64,000 bases of DNA from the human T2T-CHM13v2.0 reference genome, Homo sapiens (GCF_009914755.1 NC_060935.1); one strand, 5' to 3'; counted from the stretch's first letter, positions 1 through 14,260 are shown. Numbers and translations: made by a program. The notes: generated by a model not told the origin, from the sequence alone.

Positions 1-2293
1 AATGCCTTGAGGTAGTCTTCTTTGGGTTAAATCTGCTTGGTGTTCTATAACCTTCTTGTCCTTGAACCTTGTTACCTTTCTCTAGGTTTGGGAAGTTTTC
101 TGACAGTATTACTTTGAATAAACGTTCTACACCTATATATTTTTGTACCTCCTCTTTAAGGCTAATAACTCTTAGATTTTCCCTTTTGAGTCAATTTTCT
201 AGATCTTGTAGGTATACTTCATTCCTTTTTCTTTTGTTTCCTCTGACTGTGTATTTTCAAATAGCCTGTCTTCAAGCTCACTCATTCTTCTGTTTGATCA
301 ACTCTTCTATTAAGAGACTGTGGTGCATTCTTCAGAATGTCAATTGCATTTTTCAACTCTAGAATTTCTACTTGATTTCTTTTTCATTATTCAATTTCAA
401 TCTCTTTGTTAAATTTATTTGCTAGAATTTTGAATTTCTTATCCGTGTTATCTTGAATTTCTTTGAGTTTCCTCAAAACAGCTATTTTGAATACTCTTTC
501 TGAAAGGTCACATAGCTCTCTTTCTCCAGAATTGCTCTTTGGTGCCTTATTTAGTTCATTTGGTAAGGTCTTATTTTCCTGTATAGTCTTGATGCTTGTG
601 GATGTTTATCAGTTTCTGTGCATTGAAGAGTTAAGCATTCATTGTAGTCTTTACAGTCTGGGCTTATTTGTGCCCATCTTTCTTGGGAAGGCTTTCCAGC
701 TATTCAGAGAGACTTGGTCCCCAAGCCCCAAATTGCTGTGGTTCTTGTAGACTTGTACAGGTACCGCCTTGGTGGTTTTGGATAAGAGCTGGAAGAATTC
801 TCTGGATTATCAGGCAGAGACTCTTGTTCTCTTCCCTTACTTTCCCTCAAAGAAATGGAGTCTCTCTCTCTCTGTGCTAAGCCAACTGGGGCTGGGGTGA
901 ACCTTTGTGACCTTTGTGACCACCACCACTGGGGCTGTGCTGAGTCAGACCTAAAGCCATCATAGCACTGAGTCGTGCCCAATGCCTGCTGTAATCACTA
1001 CCTGGCTATGGCCTATGTTCACTGAAGGCCTTCTTTGGGCCCTACAGTCAGCAAGTGAGGAAGCCAGCCAGGCTTATGTCCTTCCCTTCTGGCCCAGAGC
1101 AGGTCCAGAAATTCTGTCTAAGAGTCTAGGCCTGGACTCAGGAACCCCAAGAGCCTGCTTCATGCTCTACCCCACTGTGGCTGAGCTGTTATCTAAAGTT
1201 CAAGACAAAGTCTCCTTTACTTGCACTCTGCTTTTCTCAAGCAGAAGATCTTTCACCCTAGCCACCACAGCTGGGAATATACTGGGTCACACCTGTAGCC
1301 AGCATGTCTCAGAGTCTCAACCAAGGCCCATGGTGTACTACTTGGGTATTCTTATTCGTTACTCAGGGCCCAAAGCCTGTTTAGTCAGCAGGTGATTAAT
1401 TCTGTCAGGATTAGTTCTTCCCTTTAAGGCAGTGAGTTTCCTGCTGGCCCAGGTTGTGTCTAGAAATGTCTGTGAACTAGGGCCTGGAATAGGGGCCTGA
1501 CAACTCTGCCTGGTGCACTATCCTATTGTGGATGAGCTAGTATCAAAGACACAAGACAAATACCACTTTACTCTTCACTCTCCTCTCCTCAAGCAGAAGG
1601 AAGGAGTTACTATCATTGCTACAAGCTGCACTGCTTGGGTTTCACAAGCTTGGGTTTCACAAGTGGTGGCACAAGCAACACCCTTAGCTGCCCCAGCTGG
1701 TGTCTTCCTAGGTCACGTGCTGCCTTAGTCTACTGGCTGTAAGTCCAGCCTTAGCACTAGGCCTCGCCTAGAAATTGCGGTACTTGTGTCCTAGACTGCA
1801 TTTCAAGTTTACCTAGAACCCAAGAGCACTTTAGCCTGCAGTGGCAAGTTTTGCTGAAACTCAAGTTCCAACCACTGGGATGGGCAATTTCCCTCTGGCT
1901 GGGGCTGGTCCACATGCTCCTTCTGTGAGTGGGTGCCAGCTGAACCAAGCAAGGTTTTGCTCCCTGCTGTGACAGGGCAGCACTGAGTTCAATGCCAAGA
2001 CCCCTAGTCACTGTGCTTGCCCTGCCTCAAGTGCACAGATTGTTTCTCTATGCCATGTGGCCACTGCCAGGGAGTGGAGGAGAAGTGGCATAGGCAATTC
2101 AAGACTGTCTTTCCTACCCTCTTCAATGTCTCTTTCAGCAATATGAAGTTAAAATCAGGTACTGTGATTGCTCACCTGATTTTTGTTTTTTGTGATAGTG
2201 CTTTTTTGTGTGTAGTTAGTTGTTAAAATTTAGTGTTCCTTTGGTGGGGGGATAATTGTTGCAGGCTTCTGTTTGGCCATCTTGCTTTGCCCG
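1..2293 (-). mobile_element. L1 (L1PB/L1MA-type) 5'UTR and ORF1 start, runs off the window's left edge
   Basis: Ends in ...GGCCATCTTGC (reverse complement of the L1 start GCAAGATGGCC); typical L1M 5'UTR and ORF1 antisense sequence. Confidence 0.8.
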
Positions 2294-3312
2294 CTCATTT
2301 TCTTGATAATCTGTACCTTTTGTCTTTGTTCTTGATCAGTCTAGATATGTCAACTTCAATACTCTTTTCAAAGAACAGCTTTGTTTTAATCAATTTTCCC
2401 TATAGTTTGTCTATTTTTTCTCATTGAATTCTGTCTTATTTTTATTATTTTCTTCTTTCTTGTTATTTTGGGTTTAGTTTGCTTTTATTTCTCTAGCTTA
2501 CTAAGGTAGAAGCTTAGATAAACTATCTCACATTTTTCTTCTTTTAAGGTATACATTTAATAATATAAATTTTCTTATTATTACTACTTTAGCTGTAGCT
2601 TTAAAGTCTTCATATTTTGTTTTCATTTTTATGCAGTTAAAATGTTTTCTAACTGCCTTTATGATTTTTTACTTGACCCATTAATTGCTTAGAAATGTAT
2701 TGTTTAATTTACATATGCTGTTTAGTTTCCAAAGTTGGCATTATGCAGATGTCTTTGTTATCAATTTCTAATTTCATTCCATCTTGTTGAAAGAACAACT
2801 CCATATGATTTCAATGCTTGTGAATTCATTGAAACAGATTTCTATCTCAAAATATGGTTTGTCCTGGTGAATGTTTTATGAACAATGGAAAAGAATACAT
2901 ATTCTGCTGTTGTGTGTAGTTCTATAAATGTCAATTAGGACAGGTTTGGTTAATAGCCTTTTAAAAGTCATCTATATCTTTACTGATATATCTATTTTTG
3001 TTATCAATTATTGTGAGAGTAATGCTAGTGTTTCCAGCTATATTTGTTGATTTGTCAATTTCTTTTATTTTTAGTTTCAAATATAGGTTTTGCATCCTGT
3101 ATTTGAAACTTTTATTAGATGTATTCACTAAAATTAAGATTTTTATTCTTGATAAATTGACCCTTTTATCACTATGAAATGTCTCTTCTTGTTTCTGGTA
3201 ATATTCCTTATTTTAAAGTCTGCTTTGTTTGATTATAATATAGTCATTCTGGACATCTTTGACTAATGTTTCATGATGTATTTTTTTATCCTTTTATTTT
3301 AATTTACCTGCC

Positions 3313-3606
3313 TTTTTTTTTTTTGGACAGATTCTCACTCTTGTTGCCCAGGCTGGAGTATAATGGCACGATCTTGGCTCACTGCAACCTCTGACTCCTG
3401 GGTTCAAGTGATTCTCCTGACTCAGCCTCCCGAGTAGCTGGGATTACAAGCATACACCACCATGCCTGGCTAATTTTTGTATTTTTAGTAGAGATGTGGT
3501 TTCACCATGTTGGCCAGATTGGTCTCAAACTCCTGACCTCAGGTGATATGCCTGCCTTGGCCTCCCAAAGTGCTGGGATTACGGACGTGAGCCACCGTGA
3601 CTAGCC
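3313..3606 (-). mobile_element. AluS (Sq/Sp-like)
   Basis: PolyT followed by a full antisense Alu dimer; CACTCTTGTTGCCCAGG variant. Confidence 0.95.
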
Positions 3607-3654
3607 CTGTGTTTTTTTATTTGACCTAGGTTACTTTTAGACCTAATATAATTT

Positions 3655-4325
3655 TGGGTGAAGTTGGAAGTAGCCAGGGCAGGGGTCCTGGGAATCTAGT
3701 GGCTACAAAGGGCAACCCAGAATGTGGTGTCATTGAGTGCATGGCCATCCTTCCACATGATCAAGGACATGCCCCTGGGGTTCTATTCCAAGACCCCAGA
3801 AGAATGGGCCACCGCTGCCAAGAAGTATAATATGTGTGTGGAAGACTATCAGCCTTACTTGGATGATGGCATGGAGTATGGTAACTACTCAAAGTTCTTT
3901 GACCATTCACAGTAGGAGAGGGATCTGTGGTTTGACTGGGACCACCAAGACTTGAGGTTGAACTGGGGTGAACTGATACACTGGCATCTGGACAAGTATA
4001 TCAGGAACCATGTGGATATGGCCCTCCACCCCTGTTTCTTGGAATATCATGTTCAATAATCTCTTCAGCTTCCTGACCTTCATGAACTTTATGTTCTATG
4101 TAGTGGAGAATTATTCTACCTACCAGCCTGTGGGGCCAAAGCAGTATCCTTTTAATAATCTGTACTTGGGACAAGACAGTGATCCACCAAAGAACCTGAG
4201 CTAGTGGTTCACTATGAGATCTAAGGGCTTCATAAGCTTTTGTGCCCTCTACCTAGGACTCCTTAATTCCTAGAAATTTAACTTGAATGAAATCTTTAAC
4301 AAAACTTAGTGCCATAGGAAAAAAT
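3655..4325 (+). pseudogene. NDUFB8: Processed pseudogene of NDUFB8 (complex I subunit)
   Basis: Intronless; translates to [48 protein letters not shown] and [22 protein letters not shown], matching NDUFB8. Start ATG>TTG at 3664, internal stops and frameshift, stop at 4222-4224, 3'UTR with short A remnant. Confidence 0.95.
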
Positions 4326-6134
4326 ATATACATGTATATGTACATACATAGTTTTTTCTTACTTTCTTATTCATTCTGAAAATCTCTGCCTTTTAAATGC
4401 AGTGTTTAGACCACCTACATTTAATGCAATTATTAATTTGATAGTTGTTAGGTCTATTATCTTATGATTTGTTTTACATTCATGCCATGTATTCATTGTT
4501 GCTCTTTTCTTTTTCTCATGTCCTATCTTCTTTTAATTAATTTTTTTATTTAAATTTGTCTTTAGTTTTATCTTACTATTTATTCCTGTTTTAACTTTTA
4601 TTTATACTTTCAGTGCTTAATGTAAAATGTGCAATAATAATCTGCAAATTCTTTCCTACTGTTCTTTGTTATTGTCATAGAATTTATTTTTGTTTGTTGT
4701 AAAATCCACAACACATTGATATTACCTTGGCATTAAATAGACAGCTGTTTTTTAACAAAATAAAAAAATAGAGTATAAGTATTTTATTGCCTTACATGTT
4801 TAATATTTTCAGTTCTCTTTATTTCTTAATTTATATCCAAATTTATTTATTGTATTAGTGTTCTTCCTCTCAAAGAACTTCTATATCAATTCTTATAATG
4901 AAGATGTAATGGTGGTAAGTCTTACCAGCTGTGCTTTGACTGAAATATATTTACTTTATCTCCATATGTGACAGATGTTTTTGCTGGGCTTAGAATTTTA
5001 GGTTGTCAAAAGTTTTTCAGAGTTTAAAAATGCTATTTTCTCTTCTCACTTGCCTAGATTCTAACAAAAAGGTTACTATCACTCTGATCTTTGTTTCTTT
5101 GCATATAATATGTATACATATTTTAAAGATTTTTCAGATCATCTTTAGTGTTCAGCAATTTGAGTACCACATGTCTTTGTCTTGTATTGTTTGTGCTTGT
5201 CTTTCTGGGTTTCATTGAAGTATTTGGATCTGAGATTTATTGCATTTGTAAATATTTTGGCCATATTTCTTGAAAAAAAATTTACCGTTTCTTCTCTTTA
5301 TAGGACTCCAATTACTTAAATATTAGACCACTTAATATTGTCCCACATGTTACCGAGACTTTATTTCTTTTCAATATTTACTCTCTGTAAGATTCACTGT
5401 GAAGAGTTTCTATTGTTCCATCTTCTAGCTCACTAATATTTTCTTATGAAGTGTCTAATCTGCTGTTAATCTTATCCAATGAATTTTCTATTTCAGATAT
5501 TGTTTTTATTTCTAAAATTTTTATTTGATTTAAAAAATATTTTACATTCCTCTTTCACTATTTTATGTTTTCCTTTAAATATCCGAACATAGTTAAAATA
5601 GTGGTTTTAATGTTCTTTTCTGCTAATTATATCATTTTTGTCATTTATGGTCTGTTTCTGTTAACTGATTTTTCTCTTGGTTATGGATCACATTTTCCTG
5701 CTTGCAATGTCTAAGACATTTTTACTGGATAATATGATTTATGTGTTGTCCAATATCTGGATTTTGTTGTTTTTCTTTACTTTAATGAGTAAGGTTTTCT
5801 TCTGATAGGGAGTTAGGTTTCTTGTGATTCAGTGTTATCTTTTTCAGCTTTGTTTTTAAGCTTATTAAGGTGGATCTAGCATAGCCTTTATTTTAAGAAT
5901 CATTTAATTTCAAATAAGTTGTAGCTTCATTAATAAGTTTTTGGGGATCTTTACTGAATGTAAAAAGTGATCAGTGAGAATTCTCTACTCTGTTTGAAGG
6001 TGGAACCCTTCCTCTGTATATGTAAGCTCTGGGAACCATTCTTCTCATAGATTCTTACTTACTCTTTGACCCAACTCAAGAAGTTTAACTCTATGCATGT
6101 GAATCCTAGTATTCAGGAATAGTCAAGAGAGTGT

Positions 6135-8526
6135 TGATATGGTTTGGCTTTGTGTCCCCACCCAAATCTCATGTCAAGCTGTGGTTGTCAGTGTTGAAGG
6201 AGGGGCCGAGTGGGAGGTGATTTAATTGTGGGGGTGAACTTACCCCTTGCTGTTCTTGTGATAGAGTTCTCATGAGATCTGGTTGTTTGAAAAGTGTGTG
6301 GGACTTCCCCCTTCTCTCTCTCTCTCTTTCCTGCCCACCATGTAAGACATGCTTGCTTCCCTTTCACCTTTTGCTATGATTGTAAGTTTCTTAAGGCTTC
6401 TCCAGCCATGCTTCCTGTACAACTTGTGGATCATGGGTCAATTAAACTTATTTTCTTCATAAATTACCCAAGCTCTGGTATGTCTTTATAGCAGTGTGAT
6501 AATGGACTAATATAGAAAACTGATATTGAGTAGTGGGGCATTGCTATAAAGATACCTGAAAATATGGAAATGACTTTGGAACTGGGTAACAGACAGAGAT
6601 TGGAACAGTTCGGAGGGCTGAGAAGAAGACAGGAAGATGAGGGAAAGTTTGGAACTTCCTAGAGATTTGTTGAATGGTTTTGACCAAAATGCTAATAGTG
6701 ATATGGATATTGAAGTCCAGGCTGATGAGGTCTCAGATGGAAATGAGAAACTTCCTGGGAAATAAAGTAAAGGTCGTTCATGCTATGCTTTAGCAAAGAG
6801 ATGGGCAGCATTGTGCCACTGCTCTAGGGATCTGTGGAACTTTGAACTTGAGAGAGACGATTTAGGGTATCTAGCAGAAAAAATTTCTAAGCAGCAAAGA
6901 GTTCAATAATGTGACCTGGCTGCTTCTAACAACATATGCTTATATGCATTCACAAAGAGATGCTCTTAAATTGGAACTTATATTTAAAAGTGAAGCAGAG
7001 CATAAAAGTTTGGAAAACGTGCAGCCTGACTATGCGGTAGAAAAGAAAAACCCATTTTCTGTGGAGAAATTCAAGCCAGCTACATAAATTTGCATAAGTA
7101 AAGAGGAGGAGCCAAATATTAATAGCCAGGACAATGGGGAAAATGCCTCTAGGGCATTTCAGAGACCTTCACAGCAGGCCCTCCCATCACAGACCTGGAG
7201 GTGTAGGAGGGAAAAATAGTTTCATGGGCTGTTCCTGGGGCCCTGCTGCTCTGTGCAACCTCAGAACATGGCTCCTTTTGTCTCAGCTGCTCCAGCTCCA
7301 GTCATGGCTAAAAGGAGCTAAGGTACAGCTCAGACCCTTGCTTCAGAGTGTGTAAACTCCAAGCTTTGGCAGCTTCCACATGGTGTTGGGCCTGTGGGTG
7401 CACAGAGGGCAACAGTGGAGACTTGAGACCTCTGCCTTAATTTCAGAGGATGTATGGAAACACCTAGATGTCCAGGCAGAATTCTGCTGCAGGGGCAGAG
7501 CCCAAATGGAGAACCTCTATTAGAACAGTGAGGAGGGCAAATGTGAGGTTGGAGCCCCCATACATAATCCCCACTGGGGCACTGCCTAGTGGAGCTGTGA
7601 GAAGAAGACTACCATCCTCCAGAACCCAGAATGGTAGATCCACTTGCAAACAGCTTGCACCGTGAGCCTGGAAAAGTTGCAGGCACTCAATGCCAGCCCT
7701 TGAGAGCAGCCATGGGAGCTGAGCCTTGCAGAACCACAGGGGCAGAGCTGTCCAAGGCCTTGGGAGTCCACCCCTTGCATCAGTGTGGCCTGGATGTGAG
7801 ACATGGAGTCAAAGGAAATTATTTTGGAGCTTTAAGATTTAACAACTGCCCTGCTGGGCTTTGGACTTGCATCTGACCTTTAGCCCCTTGGTTTTGGCCA
7901 ATTTCTTCCTTTTGGAAAGGGAGTATTTACCCAATGCCTGTACTCACATTTTATCTTGAAAGTAACTAACTTGTTTTTTATTTTATAGGCTTATAGGCAG
8001 AAGGGACTTGCCTTGTCTCAAATGAGACTTTGGACTTGGACTTTTGAGTTAATGGTATAATGAGTTAAGACTTTGGGGGACTGTTGGGAAGGCATGATTA
8101 TGTTTTGAAATGTGAAAAGGACATGAGATTTGGGAAGAGCCAGGACAGGATGATATAATTTGGCTCTGTGTCCCCACGCAAGTCTCATGTCAATTTGTGG
8201 TTCCCAGTGATGGATGAGGGGCCTGGTGGGAGGTAATTGAATCATGGAAGCAGACTTATTCTTTGTTGTGCCTTATGATTGATTTGTCATGCGATTGGTT
8301 GTTTGAGAAGTGTGTGGCATTTCCCCACCTACCCCCACCTCCTGTCCACCACGTAAGATCCGTTTGCTTCTCCTTTACCTTCTGCTATGATTGTAAGTTT
8401 CCTAAGGCCTCCCCAGCCATGCTTTCTGTAGAGGCTGTAAAACCGTGAGTTGATTAAACCTCTTTTCTTCATAAATTACCCAGTCTCAGGTATGTCTTTA
8501 TGGCAGTGTGAGAACAGACTAATACA
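6135..8526 (+). mobile_element. Complete MaLR provirus (MSTA/THE1D-like): LTR 6135-6514, internal region, LTR 8151-8526
   Basis: Both LTRs start TGATAT(G/A)..TTGGCT and end GACTAATA(T/C)A; internal region is typical THE1/MST-int. Confidence 0.92.
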
Positions 8527-9116
8527 GATATCTGTTCATATTTTTGTAGCTCTTTTTCTGTAAAGCTTTCTTCTCTTCAGAACTCTAGCACAAAACTTCC
8601 AACCACCTCAGCTTTATTGAACTCCAGTATCAAAAACTCATCAAGACCACTGCATACTTATCATGATCTCCTTCCCTGTGTTGTAGTCTAGAATGTTTTT
8701 CAAGAAAGACAGGACACTCATAGGAATCATCTTTTTTGTTTCTCTTCTCTCAGGTATTACATTTATGCACTGTCTGCTGCCAAAGATCTGAAACCAATGA
8801 TCTCATATATATGGTACAGTTTTCTAGTTATTTACAGTGGGAGAGTAAATTATCCATGCTCAGAAGTGTAAGTCTTGTATGTCTTATTTTAAAAAGTTTC
8901 TTAGCTTATTCAGATGCATGATCAGGGTTGGGAACCACTCAAAAGTTTTCAATTTTATATTAATGGGGTCTAAGGTGGGTGGAGAGATTGGTGGATGAAA
9001 TGAATGAACAGATGAGAAGTTAAATATACATAAGGGTTGACTATATGGATAAGTAGCAGAGCCGAATGTGCAAACACCTATTTACTACCATTCATTTTCT
9101 CTTGATCCTTTTGCAG

Positions 9117-9294
9117 AGTGTGTACTAGTCTCAGTAAGTCAATGGGTTTCCCTGGATCCAGGCTTGGAGAAAATGTTTTCTCTTCTCTATCTGCAATTCT
9201 CCTGAACCAATTCTGACGGATAATATGACTGTGTCAACCACAAAAGAGGAAAAGAATGGGCTTTAAATCCCGCCTTTACAGCCATCCAAGGCAG
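9117..9294 (+). other. Candidate exon A of an unidentified decayed gene or lncRNA
   Basis: Polypyrimidine tract+TTGCAG acceptor, CAG|GTAATA donor, non-repeat sequence; two stops in the linking frame. Confidence 0.45.
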
Positions 9295-9539
9295 GTAATA
9301 CTGGAGAATTAGGGAGATATGATGTTTTAAAGTACAGATTCTGTCTCCTTTTACAATACTAAACCCTAGATCACTGTTCTCTGATTGACTTTACCGGTTT
9401 TGTTGTTGTTGTTGTTGTTGTTGTGGAACTGCATCAGAATTTTCTATCTAGGTTAAAATGCCATTCTACCTTACAATAGCACCAAAGGACTAACTAAACC
9501 CTCTATGAAGTGATTCTCCAAAGGAAACTGATAGCCTGC

Positions 9540-9848
9540 CCACTCTATCCAGTCTGTAGATATTTATTTTTGCCTTCAGTATATTTTTAAAATTTAAACT
9601 AGTCACCAATTCTTAAAAATAGAGACATTTAACATCACATTTTAAAAATCTAATTTCCAGCTTCTCTTCAAAAATCGTTAAGCCTTGGCCACATTCCAAC
9701 ATGGCAACATTTCACAGGAGCCGTGTAGTGATGTCTTTTTCTAGACAAACTCTGTGATCTCCATTTTCCACAGTTTCCACCCAGCTAATTTCATTCATTT
9801 ATGTTGTGTTTTAGTCTCTTTAGCATTTGCATTTGAGGTCTTGGCTCT
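9540..9848. mobile_element. MER102-like hAT DNA transposon relic
   Basis: CAGCTTCTCTTCAAAAATCG...ACATTCCAACATGGCAACA...TTCATTCATTTATGTT resembles MER102. Confidence 0.65.
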
Positions 9849-10409
9849 AAAGATTAAGCGTGAAAATTCTTGATAAAGGTAGAAAAATTAAGCCATATCA
9901 CAAGAACATCCTCCCTCAAATACCTCACAAAATAAAGAAAAGGAGTTTTGAAAGAAGCATAAAAATTTATCAGTTATACAAAGAAAGAGTATAATATCAT
10001 GTCAAAAAATTAAAAGATAGCAACAAGAAAAGAAAGAGAAAATCCTACGACAACTCAGCATCATCTTCCTTAATCTCACCACTTCCCTGAATAATCAATG
10101 CTGGAGAAAGAATGCGAGCAGGTATATTTCTGAGAATTTTCACTATGATCCTCTAATTTAAATAGAAGCAAAATGAGGCAGCAACAAGGCAGCTCAAGGA
10201 AAGTTATGTGAAATACCAAGGAGAGAAAAGCTCCTGCCTGCCCGAGAAGAATCTCAAGATGTTAGCAAAGGCAAGTAAACACATAAGAAGTCACCGTTTT
10301 AAAGATCCCACATAACACTGAGAGAATGAATTCTACTATCCAGACCTCATATAATGATAATATATGTATTTAAAATAAATAAAAGTCATAAACAGTAAAA
10401 AAGAATAAT

Positions 10410-12370
10410 TAAGACTGCATTTCAGATGAAGCATTTTTACATAGGAAATCCTAAGAAATCTATAAAATGACCATTGTAATTAATATGTAAACTTAGCAAA
10501 GTCACAAGATGAAAGGTTAATAGTATACAAAAATCAATTATATTTGATAAATCAGAAGGAAATAATTAGAAAACAAAAATTTAGATACAATTTTATGAAC
10601 AACTTCATTAACAAACATAACATTTTTATAATTAGACTAGAATATGTGTAGGATTTCTACATTGAAAACTATAACACTGATGCGAGAAATAGAAGAAGAA
10701 TTAAGTAAGTGGAGAAATATACTATGTTCATAGATTGAAAAAATTTAATTATTAAGATTTTATTTTCCCCAAGTAACCTATAGATTCAATGCAATTCCAG
10801 TCTCAATCTAAGCAGGCTTTCCTGTAGAAATTGACAAGGTGATTCTAAAATATATATGGAAATGCAAATGACTTAGAATGTCCAAAACAATCATAGAAAA
10901 AATCAACCTTGTAGGACCTATGCAAAGTTTGAAGCCTTATTGTAAAGCTACAGTAATTAAGACTATGGTATGTGGATAAGGATTTTACTAATTTTCTAGG
11001 AGTATGTAACGAAGTACCACAAAACAAACTGGGCGTTTTTTACAACAGAACTTTATTGTCTCACAGTTCTAGAGGCTGGAAGTTGAAATCAAGGTGTCAG
11101 CAAGGCCCCGCTCCTTCTGATGGCTCTAAAGGAGAAATTCTTTCCTACCTCTTCTTAGCTTCTGGTAGTTTTTGGCAGTCTTTGGTGTTCCTTGGCTTGT
11201 AGATGCATCACTCTGCTATCTGCCTCTTCATCACATGGCTGTTTTCTGTGTGTCTCTGTCTTCACATGCCATCTTTTTATAAAGATGCCAGTTATATTAA
11301 ATGAGGGGCCACCCTACCCCAGTATGACTTCATCTTAACTTATAAAATCTGCAACAACCCTATTCTCAAATAAGGTCACATTCTGAGGTGTTAGAGTTTA
11401 GGTTAGGACTTCAACATATGTTTTGGGGGTAACACCATTCAACCTCATTATAGAATCAACAAATAGATCAATGGAACAAAATAAAGAGCCCAGAAACAGA
11501 CTTCCAATTATGCAGTTATCTTATTTTTCAGCAAAGGTACCAAAGCAATCCAATTGCCCATGGGAAAGAACTTTATTTTAAATAGATGGTGCTGGAATTA
11601 CTGAACTTCTATGCGAAGCGCCCCCAAAAATACTTATACAACAGTGTTCATAGCAGCTTAATAGCTAAATATTAGAGACAGCCCAGGTGTCTGTCAATAG
11701 GAAAATAGATAAAGAAACTGACCTATAATCACGTTATGAAATACTACATTCATATTACTCTATTATCAAAAGTAACAAACAACTGCTACATGCAACAACT
11801 TAGTTGAACTTCAAAAAGATGCTGTGTGAAAAGAGTACATACTGTATGATTTCATTTATATGAACTTCTACAGGGTTCATTTAGGTAAATTAGGTAAATT
11901 CAAGCTAAGGTGAAAAATATCAGAAACATGGCAAGGGGTTCAGTGGCTGGAGTGAATGGGAAGAGATCGGAGGAACTTTCTGGAGTGAATGCAGCACTTT
12001 CCATGTTGATAGGTATTTCAATTAAACATGTGTATGCATCTGCTAAAATGTAGTGAATGTACTTTTGAGATTTGGGCATTTTGTTATATGTCAACTTTTC
12101 TTTCAAGAGAAAATACTGTAAATAAATACAGAACTATAGTTAATGATATGCACGCTGAATTATTTTGATGAAAGTGAACAGTAGTTAATTTACTTTGACA
12201 TGTGTCAAAAAAGAGAGACTGATGGATGACTATAAGTATGGATAGATGGATAAATATATGTTAAAACAAATATGGTAAGATGTAAGATGTTTAGGATAGA
12301 ATCTAAGTGTTGAATGTATGGGGCATACACTGTAAAATTATTTCTACTTTCTGTACACTCAAACTTACCT
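10410..12370 (+). mobile_element. Old L1M ORF2 3' part and 3'UTR, interrupted by MLT1
   Basis: ATAGATTCAATGCAATTCCAG, AAAGCTACAGTAATTAAGAC, ATAGATCAATGGAACAAAATA motifs. Confidence 0.75.
10980..11452 (-). mobile_element. MLT1 (B/C-like) solo LTR
   Basis: TTTATTGTCTCACAGTTCTAGAGGCTGGAAG...AAGGTCACATTCTGAGG...TAGGACTTCAACATATG. Confidence 0.85.
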
Positions 12371-12400
12371 GATGGTGTATGATGTCCTACACACCAGTTA

Positions 12401-14260
12401 TTCATTCAATGAATATTTATTGAATGTTTACTATATGCCAAGCACCATTCAGGATAACAAGAATAAAACAGTGAATGAAACAGGCAAAGCCCTGCCCTTG
12501 TGGAGTTAACATTTTATTTGGGAGAGACAGATAGGAAACTGATTTTTTAAAAGGAAATATACAACATGTCCAATGGTGGTAAATGCTATGGAGGAAAAAA
12601 TAAAGCAAGGAAAAAAGAATGAGAGTTACAGAGAAAGGTGGTGTGTATATCTGTGGAGGCTACTATTTCATGTGGACTATTAGGAAAGGCCTCAATTATA
12701 GAATGACATCTGAACAACTGTCTGTAGGAGTGAAGAAGCAAGCCACAAGGTTATCTGGGGAATGTTTAAGGCAAAGGAATTAGCAGGAGCACAGGCTCTG
12801 AGGCAAGAGCCCCCTTGATGGATTCAATTAAAAGAAGGCCAATGTGGCTGGAGCAGAACAGGAGAGAGACAGGGTAAGGAGGAATGAAGGCAGAGAGGTG
12901 ATAGAGCCCATCAAACAGGGCCTGCAGGCCATTGTGAAGGCTCTGGCTTTCACTCTAAATGAGATACAAAGCTCTGTTTTATAAACCCTATTTATAATAT
13001 AAGGTTTTAAGAAGTTGACTTTGGCAGCTCAGTTGATAAAGATGGGTGGTGGTGGGAGTGAGGAAATGCAGGGTCCAAGAGCAGAAGCAAGAAGGTCACC
13101 ATTATAATAATCCAAGTGAGAGATGATGTTGGCTTGAACCACAAGAGCTAGTGGTTCATCACAGTGAAGGTGATGATAAATGATTAGACATGTCACCAGA
13201 CTCTGGATATATTTTGAAGATATATGTAATTTGTAGTGATATATGAAAAAAAAAGAGGAGACTGGCATGATAAAGATTTTGGCCTGAGAAAATAAAAGGA
13301 TGAAGTTGCCAGTACCTGAGCTGGGGAAGATGTGAGTGCAGGTTGGGAAAAAGAAAGGAGCTCAGGTTTGGACATGAATGAGATAGATGCCTATTAGACA
13401 TTCAAATGCAGATGTTAAGTAGGCAGGTGGGTATACAAGACTGGGATCAGAGGCAAAGTCTGAGCTACCAATACAAATTTAGGAGTTGTTGGCAGAAAGA
13501 TGACATGAAAGTTATAAAACTGGATGAGATCACTTCAGGAAGGCATGAGTGTAAATAAAGTAGTCTGAGGATAAAGCCCTGGCTGTTCAACCATTGAAAG
13601 CATGGGGCTGATAAGAAAGAACCAGGAAAGGAGCCTGGGAAAGACTGACCAGGCAAATGTGATGTTCTAGAAGAAATTGTTTTGCCTAGGACAGAGTGAT
13701 CAATCATGTCAAACACTGCCGTGGGGCAAGTAAGATGATAAGAATTGACCACTGGATTTAGTGATGTGGAGGTCATTGGTAACCTTGGTATGGGACAAAA
13801 GCCTCCAAGACAGAACTTAGACTTAAGAGACAGCTAGAATAGATTATATTGTAAAGAAGAGCATGTGCCAGTGACTAGACTAGATAGGAATGCAGGTCCA
13901 GGAGAGAGTTTTTTAAAAAAGAATATAAGACAATATATTTGTATATTTATGGCAATATCCAATAGAGTGGTCGAATTTCATAATGTAGAAGAGAGAGGGG
14001 AGAATTGTTGAGTGAAGTTCTTGAGTGGTGAGGGCAGAGATCTAAAGTATAAATGGAGCATTGGCCTTGTATAAAAATATGGAGAAGAGCAAGAGGGAAG
14101 GAAAGATATATAAGTTCAGATGCAGGTGGCCGGAGGTGATGGGAACATGCAGGAACTCTCTTCCAAATGCTTCTATTTTCCTTGTGAAATAGAAAGAAAG
14201 ATCATCAGCTGAGAATGAGGGTGAGATAAAGATGCATAAGAGGCCTCTGCCCAGAGAAGC
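12401..14260 (-). mobile_element. L2 (L2a-like)
   Basis: ATTCATTCAATGAATATTTATTGA 3' end followed by long purine-rich L2 antisense. Confidence 0.85.

Larger units (their letters stand above)
2294..6134 (-). mobile_element. Old L1M (ORF2 5' part/ORF1), host to Alu, NDUFB8 pseudogene and MaLR insertions; probably resumes at ~8527-8850
   Basis: T-rich degenerate L1 antisense (e.g. GAATACATATTCTGCTGTTG, TAAATTGACCCTTTTATCA). Confidence 0.7.

Noticed and set aside
1634-1663. 15-bp tandem duplication CTTGGGTTTCACAAG
   Set aside because: Ordinary local duplication within an L1 5'UTR
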